Counted from the stretch's first letter, positions 1 to 12,423 are shown. The stretch is 64,000 nt of DNA from Octopus sinensis (GCF_006345805.1 NC_043014.1:35526001-35590000), one strand, 5' to 3'. A program made the numbers and translations. Notes: generated from the letters alone by a model not told the origin.

Positions 1-658
1 GGCTGAATGAAATGCACCTAGCTGAATGAAAAACTAATTAGATCATGTAATAATGTTAAATGAAACAAGCGTGCTAATGAAAAGAGAGATTTATTGTACA
101 TCTCATTAAAGACATGAAACCGGGAGTAAACAGTGACCATTAAAAAAATTCTTGGAACTAAACAAAGAAAAGATTTTCCTTGTCTGTTGTGGAATGTATT
201 TGAAATAAACTCATTGGCTTCAATCATTTGACTGCAAACATGCTAGGTTAAAGATTTCGCGGGTTTTAGTCGACCGTATCGACCAGTACAAGCATTCGGG
301 AATAGATCAGTCTCAGCGAATAGGGGAAGAAAGCAACATAAATAACATGAAGTAACATAAATAATATCCTTAACCCCGAATATTATGCTGCACTATATTT
401 TTCCAATGTGCACTTCTAATATTTTTTAAGACAGTAGAATGTGGTATGCGAGTGTTTTGGTTACTACTCCAGCAAACCGTGTAAAACTGGCTACGTTTAG
501 TTTTTGCAAATGTGTACGAGTGTTTGTGTACGTATATTTGAATACAAAATGTGAATGCACCGATGGCTGAATGATTAAGAAGTTCAGTTCGCAATAATGC
601 AATCTTGAATTCGATCCCATTTCGTTGCGTGTTGGGCATGTGTCTTTTATTCACTTAC

Positions 659-790
659 CATAGCCTTGGTTTGTCCCAAGTATTGAGAGTGAAACAGGAC
701 AGAAGAAAACTATCCAGCGACCCGTCGACTTGATTGGACCTTATAGTTCAAAGATCCAACCGATTTTGCCTGAGTGTTTGCGTTAAAGGT
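659..790 (-). other. Candidate host first exon (5'UTR ending in ATG), gene running off the left edge
   Basis: Minus strand reads ccaaggctATG|gtaagtga (ATG 661-659, donor 658-653) in unique, CpG-retaining sequence. No downstream exon found. The 5' boundary is a guess. Confidence 0.3.
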
Positions 791-819
791 ATACCTTTTT
801 TAATGATTTACTCAGCCAC

Positions 820-828
820 TGCGCATGC
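820..828. promoter_or_regulatory. NRF1-like TGCGCATGC motif upstream of the candidate exon
   Basis: tgcgcatgc at 820-828; a motif match only. Confidence 0.2.
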
Positions 829-1429
829 TAATTCGATGAATAGGCAATTCAGTTTATCGAGTAATTGGATGATCGTACGTCCTTCTCGATAGGAGAATCC
901 ATAAATTATGAGATGAAGTGTGGTGAAGACTTTTATAGGAGAAAAAAAGAAGCGTACTCTTTGCGGAATTTTCTTGATGGTGGGCATAATGGCGAGAGAT
1001 GGAAGAGAAATATGTTAGTCCGTGTGTGTGCGAAGCACAACTGACTACTTGTTTGGAATTCCTCCCGCATCTTTCCTTACATTAGAGTCATTGAACTTCA
1101 CTGCACACAAATCTTCTTCACTCACACAATCTGCACCACAGTGAAGCCTTTCAAACACTCGCTAGCTGCTTTGCTTTTCTGGGCATGAAATAAAGTGTTT
1201 TGCTCAAGTACACAACACACCGCCCAGTCCGGTAATCAAATCCACGCTTGTAGGACTCGCAAAACATACGCGCAAAGTAATGTAGTGTATGGCTATGTAG
1301 TTAAGAAGTTCACATCGCAGACCTCATATTCTAGATTCAACCCTGCTTGCTGTCCCATAGGTCGGCAGTGGAAATAACAGCTGATGAATCGATTACAATC
1401 GTCGTAACACTGTTAGCAAAAATACTAGA

Positions 1430-1828
1430 GGTGCCGGCGTGGCTGTATGGCAAATTTGTTTCCCAACCACATGCTTCCGGTTTCAGCAAACACCTTCTAC
1501 TATAGCTTCAGGCCAACCAAAACCTTGTGGGAAGATTTGATAGATGGTAACTGAGAAGTTCGTCTCCTATCTACGTATATATGTAAAATTATAATTTAGA
1601 GTATCTAAGAGATATCACCACGGTGGAAATAGCAGCCAAAACTTGACTCTAAAGCCACATGTGGTTTTAGAGTCAAGTTTTGGCTGCTATTTCCAGCGTT
1701 GTGGTATCTCTTAGATACCCTAAATTATAATTTTGATAATAACTATTACCTTTGAAGATTTTTATTCCCATGCTGGCCACTTGATATGATCGGTACTTAA
1801 AAGAACGATCTTATCCTTATTTATATAA

Positions 1829-1859
<31 letters not shown>

Positions 1860-2065
1860 TGTATGTATGCTATGTATGCATGTATCTATGTGTGTGTGTG
1901 TCTCTGTGTTTGTTCTCAACCACCGCTTGACAATTGGTATTGGTTTATTTAGGTCCTCGTAACTTATCGGTTCGGTACAAGACCCCGATAGAATAAGTAT
2001 AAGGCTTTAAAAGAAGACGGTGTTCCAGCATGGCTGTAGTCCAATAACTGAAAAACAAATAATAG
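1430..2065 (+). mobile_element. tRNA-derived SINE family A, degenerate, split by a palindrome inserted in its central microsatellite
   Basis: Head (gtggctgtatgg...ctactatagc...gatttgatagatgg) at 1430-1565 and tail (cttatcggttcgg...gatagaataagta...ccagcatggctgtagtc) at 1885-2065 match the other family A copies. Confidence 0.7.
1585..1734. repeat. 150-bp loopless palindrome (fold-back)
   Basis: aaaattataatttagagtatctaagaga...ctaaagCCACAT|GTGGttttag...tctcttagataccctaaattataatttt; about 5 mismatches in 75 bp. Confidence 0.95.
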
Positions 2066-2382
2066 CAAAAAAAAATATTTTTTAAATGAAAAACCAGAAA
2101 AATGTTCTATGAGTACATGATAAGAATGAGTAGGTAGTTCAGGCAGGAAACTCGTTAAATCATAAACTGAAAAGTTCGCATTTTTGACTGATATCTAAAT
2201 CCTCAAACATCCAGTAATGTAATACAGCGAGTTTGTACATTACGTAACTTATGTCAGAGATGGAAACGAATATTAAAAAAGAAAAAAATGGATACGTTGC
2301 TACATCCATCCATCCATCGCATAGATATGTTTTTTCAAAGTAGCATCCACATTGGCAAAGGCAATAAAACCAGCATCGCTTA

Positions 2383-2395
2383 CAGTGTGTGTGTG

Positions 2396-2428
<33 letters not shown>

Positions 2429-2574
2429 TGTGTGTGTGTGTGAGAGTGTGTGTGTGTGTGCATGCGCGTATGAATGTGTGTGTTTGAAATTATATATATA
2501 TACGTATATATATATATATATATATACATACATACATACATATATACATACATATATACATACATACATATATC

Positions 2575-2611
<37 letters not shown>

Positions 2612-2625
2612 TCTATATACATACG

Positions 2626-2659
<34 letters not shown>

Positions 2660-2720
2660 ATATGTGTGGGTGGGTATATATGCTTAGGTGCGTGTGTATG
2701 TGTGTGTGTGTTGTGTGTAT
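2383..2720. repeat. Compound (TG)n/(TA)n/(TACA)n microsatellite (one of dozens of similar arrays in the window)
   Basis: Directly visible; source of the spurious CV/YI/HT ORFs. Confidence 0.95.
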
Positions 2721-2908
2721 GGTTAGGTGCGTGTGTGTGGTGGGGGTTTATGCTTTTATCAGGTGGTTGGTTAACTGTTGGAAATTTTATGCCACTCCCT
2801 ACTGAATCTGATGTCAGCAACTGAAAAAGTGTGCATGTATACGTATATATATATTTGTATATATAGATATACATACGTGCAATATTCATCTATGTGTGTG
2901 TATGCACG

Positions 2909-2946
<38 letters not shown>

Positions 2947-3333
2947 TATATATAATATACGTGTGTATGGAATTATGTTTAAATTATCTAAAGTTATGTA
3001 AAAAAAAATAAGTTGTATTTCAATTTAGATATAGGTATATTAAGCTGGTTGTTTTTATTGGTGAGGCTAGCAACGCTAAGCAACGGATAATGCCCTGGTT
3101 TCCCATCCCACGTTTGCTAAGAGGAACACAACACGCACAAACACCCACACACCACACACGTTTACTTGTATATGTATATATGTATGCATATATAGCGTAT
3201 ATAGAAATAGGACTGTTTCTTATTTTTAATAAAGAGCAAGATATTGAAAATAAGAAAGAAAAAAGAAACAAGAGAGAGAGAGAGAGACAAACAGACAGAA
3301 AGAAAGACGCAAAAAAGAAACACTAAATGAAAG

Positions 3334-3371
<38 letters not shown>

Positions 3372-3742
3372 GATGTATATATATCATATACATATAGACA
3401 GACCATAATCTCAAAATCTAGGTGTGGTGCTTAGCTACATACTGAAGGGTAACCATGAGAACTTGGTTCTGGTATGAGTGGTATGGAAGCTGATTAAGGT
3501 GGCGAGGTGCGGGTAAGTGCTGGGTGTGATGGTATTTACGTTGGCTGTACGATGTTTTTATTAGGTTTTTGTTGTGTTGTGATTTAGGCTTGTGTTAGCG
3601 CCTATCGACAGCCCTTCCTTGGACCTTTAAACTCCTGGTGGAGTCGCAGAGGTGCTGTCATGTTGTACGATGTGTCATAGGACATTTTGCACTAAGTGCA
3701 GCCCAGCCCACGCCGGGTTTGAACGTAGCCGATATCTCACAA

Positions 3743-3918
3743 AGAAGAAGAAGAAGAAAGAAGAAGAAGAAGAAGAAGAAGAAGAAGAAGAAGAAGATGA
3801 CAAAGAAGAAGATGACAAAGAAGAAGAAGAAGAAGAAGAAGAAGAAGAAGAAGAAGAAGAGAAGAAGAAGAAGAAGAAGAAAGAAGAAGAAGAAGAAGAA
3901 GAAGAAGAAGAAGAAGAA
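3743..3918 (+). repeat. (GAA)n polypurine microsatellite
   Basis: Directly visible, with two gatgacaaa interruptions. Confidence 0.95.
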
Positions 3919-4418
3919 TCTCAAGTATTGGTCTGGTACTCATCAAAGCACAAAAAGGATCAATGGTAAGGTCGACCTCTGCGTGATTTGAACTCAAAGT
4001 GCAGAAAACCGGAGCGAATATTGCAAAACTTTCATTGTGACAACCTAATGACCAATCACCATATAAATCTAGGACTCCACTATTAAATGTTTTCTTTCAA
4101 AGTCGGAAAAACGTGTTTGAGGAATATTATACTGATATTTCTAGCAGGTCGTTGACCCATACGTTGTAAGCAGTAACTATTACCACAATCATTATTGCCA
4201 AATGGAAAATGCAATGTTTTTATGGTGGTATTGAGGAGCAAAGGAATACTTATCGCCGTGGTCGTAGTCTTTGTTGCTGTGTAGCCCAAGGCCTGTTCTG
4301 ATCGAGCAGGTTCGTGATCAATGAGATTGGAGCTATGATCATCAGTCATTTTCTTTCCAGAATTTACGTAACCGTGAGTTACATTATTCCAGTGTGACTC
4401 CGCCTCACCTTCAACCTG

Positions 4419-4658
4419 ATGTTTTTCTTAAAAACTGATAAACTGTCACACAGTTGTCATATTACTTCTGCTAAGATTGCGTCCATTGTGGCACGGTTGG
4501 ATCCATGTAAAGCAACAGGACCTGATGGTATTCCAGTCATTGTTCTTCAGAAGTGCTCTCCTGAGTTCTCTTCTGTTTTATCTAGGCTTTTCCGAAATTG
4601 TATCTCAGAATCTTGTTTTCCTTCTTTATGGAAATTCCCAACTGTTGCTCCTGTCTTT
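4419..4658 (+). pseudogene. CR1/L2-type LINE reverse transcriptase N-terminal fragment
   Basis: LDPCKATGPDGIPVIVLQKCSPEFSSVLSRLFRNCISESCFPSLWK.PTVAPVF is the K(A/S)xGPDGIP...FP..WK pre-RT motif; homology stops abruptly at 4658. Confidence 0.75.
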
Positions 4659-4971
4659 AATTGCTTCACATTACCAGTTCTCATTAGTATACTGTGCAAT
4701 CTCCTAAGTGTCGTAAAGCACTTTACAGTACCAGTTTCTTCCCTCACACTTCTGAACATTGAGATTCCTTTCCACGGTCTTGTTTTCCTCTTCAATATGA
4801 CCTCGTCTTTTAAGTCTAATGTACATTGTCCCCATTGACTTCTGTCTAGCGCCCATTTTATTCTAGTAGCTTTTTCGTTTCAGTGGTCTAAAAGCCTTGC
4901 AACGAGCGAATGCCTTAAAAATATTTTAAAATATATATAAAAACCTTATTTAAACCTCCGCATCTTTTATC

Positions 4972-5455
4972 TTTTAGCCTTTACTTGTTTCAGTCAGGAG
5001 ACTGCAGCCATGCTGGGGCACCGCCTTGTAGAATTTTGGTCGAACTTATAAACCCCAGAGCTTATTATTCTGTAAAGCCTGGCACTTACTTTATCGGTCT
5101 ATTTTGACGAACCGCTAGGTTATGGGGGTCGTAATAACACCATTATCAGTTGTCAGGTGGTGGTGGAAGACAAATACATACACAAAGACAAACACACACA
5201 CACAAGCGCACAAACAAATACATTCACATACACACAAACACACACATGCACGCAGGTATGCACACACACACACACATATACACACACAGGACCGGCGTCT
5301 TTCAGTTCCAGTCTTCCAAATTCATTCACAAGTCTTTAATCGACCCGAGGCGATTTTAGAAAACAATTGCCCAAGATGCCACGCAATGGGACTGATATTG
5401 GAACCATTTAGTTTTATAAGCAAAATTCTTACGATACAGTCACCCTTGCGCCCAT
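4972..5455 (-). mobile_element. SINE family A, diverged
   Basis: Tail ttacttgtttcagtc...gccatgctggggcaccgcc, central (CA)n and tRNA-like head all present. Confidence 0.8.
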
Positions 5456-5884
5456 AGTATGGCTGCTTTTCTGGCAAGTTAAGCGGCCTTGGTGGGGCTT
5501 ACACAGTTGTGTTTTCCCAGTTCAGATTTAACCGACCAGGACTACGAACAAGGCAATCTCCTCTATGACCATCCTGTCATTTCAAAATTACATCGTTTAA
5601 TGCAGTACCTTTTTAAGACATGGGTACATTGTGCAGGTACATATGCCCAATTCAGATCCATGTACGATATGCTTTTCTGCCAATAAATAAATAAATACTA
5701 TAGGGACCAGTATAATGTATTGACCAAAGTCCTACGATGCTGCTAAGATGGCCTTGGTTTAATGCTATCCTTTATTATTTGTAGATAATAGTTTATGAAT
5801 GAGAGCAGTTTCACAGCTATATCTAGCAAGTCAAAGGCGTATGCGGTATAGACTCGTGTTGTTGTTAGTAGTTTTCCTGTTGTT

Positions 5885-5975
5885 GTGGCTGTTGTTGTTG
5901 TTGTTGTTGTTGTTGTTGTGGTGGTGGTGGTGGTGGTGGTGGTGGTGGTGGTGGTGGTGGTGGTGATGGTAGTTG
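5885..5975. repeat. (GTT)n(GGT)n microsatellite
   Basis: Directly visible. Confidence 0.9.
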
Positions 5976-6197
5976 GTGATTAAGACATGCCTCACTGTTA
6001 AAACGATTTACTTGACTAAGTGTAACGTATTCTCATGGCGGACTATATACCCCATCATATGGGTGTAGATATAGGGTAGGAGCTGATGTTTTGATGCGCG
6101 GGTGGGCGCGCTGAATGCGGAGATATGACTAGAGGGGTGGGGGAGAAACATTATACATATATAAATGCACACAAACACACACACACACACACACACC

Positions 6198-6286
<89 letters not shown>

Positions 6287-7154
6287 AGTATTATAATATA
6301 TGTGTGTGGTGTGTAGTATATATTATATCTATATCGATATTATACATACACATACATACATATACATATATATATATATGTATGTATGTATGTATGTACC
6401 TACATACAAATATGTGTATAGACATATATACGGAGAGAGAAGGTGGGGTGATAGGTCAGGGTAGGGAATGGGTATACGTATTTAATCACATTTTAATACA
6501 TTCTTATGTACACATACTTTCATACACGCACACACGCAAGATATACATATATGAACACAGTATACATGCATACGTATTTATTTTAAATATATATGCGTGT
6601 GTATGTATACATATATGAATATATACATACACACGTACACACGCAAATACACACTCTTATCTGTACTATGCTTAGGAATACTATCTATATATATATATAT
6701 ATATATACTTGATGCAGGGAGGTATATGTGTGTGTGTGTGTGTGTTACAATTTTTACATACCACAATTAAAAATAGCAAAGAATGACACTCATCTATCAG
6801 ACTTTATGCCGCCATCTTTTTCCTTTTAAAACATACGCTCTAATTTCGCCCCCCTTTTTTTTTCTTTTCCTCAGTTTCACTTTCGTCTTTTCCTAGCTAT
6901 TTCTTTCTCTCGTTCTCGCTCACTAAATATTAGGTTCTCTTTCTCACTTTCCCATCCATTTCTCTTCTACAGCCAACATTTTCCTGTGTTTTTATACATC
7001 TTAATCTATGTACTTATGTATTTATCATGTCTATATGTCATGCATACACGTTAAAATAGGTATGCAAACGTACACGCAAGAGCACTCAAGTAAGCACACA
7101 CACGATTTATATATGTATATATATATATATGTATATATATATATGTATATATAT

Positions 7155-7202
<48 letters not shown>

Positions 7203-7244
7203 CAACACACACACCATCATATATATAATACATATCTCTTTACA

Positions 7245-7663
7245 CTTACTCTTTTATTTCTTTTACTTGTGTCAGTCATTTGACTGTGGCCATGCTGGAG
7301 CACCGCCTTTAGTCGAACAAAGCGATCCCAGGACTTATTCATTGTAAGCCTAGTACTTATTCTATCGGTCTCTTTTGCTGAATCGCTAAGTTACGGGGAC
7401 GTAAACACACTACCATCGGTTGTCAAGCGATGTTGGGGGGACAAACAGAGACGCACAATCATATACACACATACATACATGCATATATATATATATACGG
7501 CGGTCTTCTTTCAGTTTCCGCCTACCAAATCCACCCACAAGGCTTTGGTCGGCCCGAGGCTATAGCAGAAGACGCTTGCCCAAAGTGCCACGCAGTGGGA
7601 CTGAACTCGGAACCACGTGGTTGGCATGCAAGCTACTTACCAAACAGCCACTCCTACGCCTAT
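7245..7663 (-). mobile_element. SINE family A, full length
   Basis: ttttact tail, cagtcatttgactg hairpin, central microsatellite, B-box-like gggactgaactc and head cttaccaaacagccactcc. Confidence 0.9.
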
Positions 7664-7879
7664 ATGTGGTTAAACAGTTCGCTTTGCAAACACGTGACTT
7701 CGAGCTCATTCCTACTCGTGTTCGGTCCTATTGTGTGGAACTCATCATACATGTATATGTGTGTGTGTGTTGTGCTTGCCTGTGTGTGTATGTGCGTGTC
7801 TGTATGTGTATGGGTGTGGTGCAGTATGTGTGTGTTTATGTGTGTAAATTTTTTCGCTACACATTCAAATTACTTAACG

Positions 7880-8258
7880 TACTCTTTACTCTTTTACTCT
7901 TTTACTTGTTTCAGTCATTTTGACTGTGGCCAGGCTGGAGCACTGCCTTTAGTCGAACAAATCGATCCCAGGATTTATTCTTTGTAAACCTAGTACTTAT
8001 TCTATCGGTCTCTTTTGCCGAACCACTAAGTTACGGGGGCGTAAACACTCCAGCATCGGTTGGCAAACACAGACACACAATACACACACACACACACACA
8101 TATATATATAATATATATATATATACATATACATATATACGACAGGCTTCTTTCAGTTTCTGTCTAACAAATCCACTCCCAAGGTGCCACGCAGTGGGAC
8201 CGAACCCGGAACCATGTGGTTCGTAAGCAAGCTACTTACCACACAGCCACTCCTACGT
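7880..8258 (-). mobile_element. SINE family A with internal deletion
   Basis: Same modules as 7245-7663; lacks the ggctttggtcggcccgagg segment. Confidence 0.9.
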
Positions 8259-8619
8259 GTAGGCATAAATAAAGTACATATCCTCCTTTCATTATATACA
8301 CAAGAACATAGTAAATGCAGAAGTGTATGTGCATGTGTGTGTGTGTGCGTGCGTGTGTGCGTGTGTCTAAGGGCGTCACTCGATTCTCTTGTAAGTGATT
8401 TTCCCAGCAATATATGACATAATTATAATCTCAATAAATCTAAAGTACTGTTAACAACAGGCAGCAGCAACAACAGCAAATGAATAAAAAAACATTTTTT
8501 TTTACAACAACAAAAACAACAGCAATAGCAGCACCCCTCGTAGCAATAGTAGCAATAAAGAGCAGTCGTAATGATGATTACGGGGATAATAAGCAGAACG
8601 ACAGGGCCGATTTCAAAAT

Positions 8620-8641
8620 GAGATGATGATGATGATGATGA

Positions 8642-8681
<40 letters not shown>

Positions 8682-8719
8682 GTGGTGGTGTGATGTGGTG
8701 GTGATGATGGTGGTGGTGG

Positions 8720-8751
<32 letters not shown>

Positions 8752-8788
8752 GTGGTGGTGTGATGTGGTGATGATGGTGGTGGTGGTG

Positions 8789-8820
<32 letters not shown>

Positions 8821-9460
8821 TGGTGGTGGGTGGTGGTGGGGGGGTGGTGATGATGATGATGATGATGGCCGGTGGGGTGGTGGTGGTGGTGGTGATGATG
8901 ATGATGATGATGATGAGATGGCGGTGGTGGTGGTGGTGGTGGCGGCGGCGGTGGCGGTGGCGGTAGTGGTGGTGGTGGTGGTAATGGTGGTGATAATGAC
9001 GACGACAATAATGAGGACGATGACGACACTGTTGCTGATGATGATGATGGTGCTGCTGCTGCTGCTGATGGTGTGGTGGTGGTGGTGGTGGTGGTGGTGA
9101 TGATAGTGGCGACGACAATAACGGCGACGATGACGACACTGCTGCTGCTGCTGATGATGATGATGATGGTGGTGGTGGTGGGGGGGTGATAATGACGACG
9201 ACAATAACGACGACGATGACGACACTGCTGCTGCTGCTGCTGATGATGATGATGGTGGTGGTGGTGGTCGTCGTCGTCGTGGATGGTGATGATGATGACA
9301 ATGACGACGACAATAATGACGACGCCGGTGACGACACTATCGCTGCTGCTGCTGATGATAAGGATGATGATGATGGTGATGATAACGACGAAGAGGATGA
9401 TAACGATGATGCTGATGCTGATGCTGATGCTGATGCTGATGATGACTATGATTAATAATC
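8620..9460. repeat. Long compound trinucleotide array (GAT/GGT/GCT/GAC) with higher-order units
   Basis: Directly visible; yields only poly-H/poly-P/poly-D ORFs. Confidence 0.95.
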
Positions 9461-10674
9461 ATTCCCTCTTCACAAACTACGTAATGGTCTTAATGAGGTT
9501 CTTAATAGTGCATTTAAACAAGCGAACGAGCACCTGTCATCGGGACGGTGCAAGCATACACGTGTTCATGTATGGCACGGTCTCTTTGGTTCAGAATGGT
9601 TGACCGATAAAGAAGGAGACGTTTGCAGAAGCATTCGACAGATTAGAAAATATTAAGATTGCAAATCGTCAGATAATCGCGTCTATAGTAACTTCTGTCG
9701 AAAATCACTTATACAAAACAAAGTTAAAAGGAAAATAGTATATATATATATAAAGGTGTATATCACCTTAATTTGCTAAGCCAACTGGGTGGGGTGTTAC
9801 GGACGCTTTAGAGGCCCGGAAGATCGACGGTCTCCAGCTGGCCTTAAGACACAATGTCAGTCTCCCTTATTGTTATTTGCAAAGGGGAGTCAATCCCCCT
9901 TCGAAACCTAAGTGATACATACGGACTATAGTTTATAAAGGTATTTTATGCCTCTCGTATAACGTATATATATAACACTATCTTTCTCTCTTCTTCTTTC
10001 TGACTCTCTCTTTCTCTTTCTCCTTCTCTCTCTCTTTCTCTCTTTTCTCTCTCTCTCTCTCTCACCATATATATATATCTGTAAAATAATATGTACATAA
10101 TTTTACAGATAAATTCCTCTATTACATAATATTGAGGTCTCTTTCTTTCTACCGTTTTTATACCATATATATAATATATATATATATATATAAAATATAT
10201 ATCTATGTGTGTGTGTGTGTGGTGTGTGTGTGGTGTATGTATGTATGTATGCATGTATGTATGTATGTAGTATGCATGTATGTATGTATAAAAATTTTGA
10301 ATAGGATAAAATCTTTATAAGAATTTATTAAGTAGTCAACGTGAAAAAACGTCATAAGGGAAAAATTATAATTTTTTCCCTTTAAATATATTTATTTATA
10401 TTAAGGGCATTAGTACACGTAAATGAGGGACTCTTAAAGTCAAAACTACCATCATAAATACAGTGTATATTGATATATATATATATATATGCGTATGTAT
10501 AGACACAGAAGGACCCTAATTCTTCATCAGTTATCAACCAAAATGCAAATACTCAGTTTCACGCTTTTAACAATAAGACTGAAAACTTCGTATATCGGCG
10601 GCACCCGCAAAGTTTGCGGAGAATTAGGGCACGAGCAAATAAAACAATACACACACGCCCCCACCACATATATG

Positions 10675-10705
<31 letters not shown>

Positions 10706-10974
10706 TATATGTTATGGTGTGTGTATATATATATAAAACATATATATATATATATTGTATATATATGTATATATATATATATGTATATATATATGTATAT
10801 ATAATATATCTTTATATATATATACATATATATGTGTATATATGTATATATATTATATATAATATGTATACGCACACACACACACTCACACACACACACA
10901 CATACAACACACACACACACACACACCACACACACACATATTATATATATATATATATATACATATATATGTGA

Positions 10975-11845
10975 CCCTACCTCTCCAAAACCACCATCCT
11001 CACAGGCACCCATCATCGTCCCTATCATATCACTGACACCTTTGCCAGCACTTCTAGCAGCGTCATTTACTGCACCTCCCGCTCTTTCTGTCCTTCTCAG
11101 TACATCGGTCAAACGGGACGCCGCTTGGCTGACCAGTCCGCTGAGCACCGCCAAGACATTAGACTTGGCAACGACACCCCGGTATCGCACCATTTCAGCT
11201 CTACCGGTCATCCATTACCATACCTGTCTGTGTTCTGATTGTCTTTGCACAGGGACCATCCAGACTCCCACCTTCACCGTGAACAGAAATTATTCTTCTC
11301 TCTTCGCTCTCTTGCGCTACATGGGCTCAACTATCCTCCCCTCTTCATCTGACTCCTCGCCCCTCCTTTCCTCTCTTCATCTCATACCTACTTCCTCTTT
11401 TCCCACATGTCCCATCCTCGATACTCCTCCATCCACACCCCACCCCTACACCCCGCACATACTAGCACTAACCATTTCCCAGCACCCTTACCATCATCCA
11501 TACATTACAGACGCACACATCCACATGTCAAAGTCACCAGCTCGTATCCACACGCACACACTTACACACACTCACATACGCACGAGCACCTTCGTTTTGG
11601 GATCACCAATACTTTATTATCTCCCCTTCTTCCTAACTCTCCTGTCCAACTATCTTTGTCCTGCCAGTCGCCATGATTGACCGCTAGCTCCAAAAGTTTT
11701 TTTTTCTCTCTCTCTTTATTTCATCGTGTTCCCTTCTGTTGAAGAGCGTAGGCTCGAAGCATAAAACACTTTCTCACCTTCTCACCTATTTGTTGTTTAT
11801 ACATCCGTCTTCGTCTTTTGTTATTCTGTAAATTTCAACTACACA
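10975..11845 (+). mobile_element. Penelope-like element 3' fragment (GIY-YIG endonuclease pseudogene plus 3' region)
   Basis: Frame from 11005: ...TFASTSSSVIYCTSRSFCPSQYIGQTGRRLADQSAEHRQDIRLGNDTPVSHHFSSTGH...*...HREQKLFFSLRSLALHGLNYPPLFI* (stop 11350-52, internal stop 11236). This frame is missing from the ORF track. Confidence 0.85.
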
Positions 11846-11864
11846 CACACACACACACCACACA

Positions 11865-11911
<47 letters not shown>

Positions 11912-12060
11912 GGATGGGTTTCCTTCGGTTTCTGTCAACGAAATCCATTGACAAGGCTAGGGTGTAAGACACTCACCCAAGGTGCCACGCAGTGGAGCTG
12001 TACCCAGAGTTATGTAGTTGGGAAGCAAGCTTCTTACCACACAACCACGACGGCGCCTGC
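11912..12060 (-). mobile_element. SINE family A head half
   Basis: caaggtgccacgcagtgg...cttcttaccacacaaccac. Confidence 0.75.
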
Positions 12061-12081
12061 ATACATAAATACATACATACA

Positions 12082-12109
<28 letters not shown>

Positions 12110-12115
<6 letters not shown>

Positions 12116-12423
12116 CCTAAACGGAAACAACCTAGATGGAAAGCAAAACTTGAAGAAAACATCAACAATCTACGCCCCCATATTGGTTAATAATGGTTAC
12201 TAACGATAATAAAATGTAAGAGTGGCAATGAGTTTAAACATCACCAGTCAGATTTTATAAACTGTATGGTAATTCTTCGAAATAGGCTCTTGAGGGAAGG
12301 TTAATTACTCTTAAATGTGAATTCAGGGCTCTGAGCGAAAATCTTCGCTTTTACAAACGAACTTTTGAACGAGTGTGCATAAATTACAAGTTTGCTTGTA
12401 ATCTAAAGATAGTATATATATAT

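Noticed and set aside
2750-2823. Minus acceptor ctttttcag followed by [15 protein letters not shown]
   Set aside because: No recognisable homology and no partner exon.
2300-2889. YI/CV/HT-rich ORFs here and in dozens of similar places
   Set aside because: Translations of di- and tetranucleotide microsatellites.
4083-4379. 88-aa minus ORF and a possible 13-nt plus microexon at 4361-4373
   Set aside because: No homology recognised; splice-like motifs are common by chance.
5470-5697. 65-aa ORF ending in (TAAA)n
   Set aside because: Could be a retroelement 3' end, but no diagnostic motif.
8423-9603. 304-aa His/Pro/Ser-rich and Asp-rich ORFs
   Set aside because: Pure triplet arrays stay open in several frames; no domain or splice support.
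10832-11680. 282-aa ORF in the track
   Set aside because: Wrong frame; the meaningful frame is the GIY-YIG one starting near 11005.
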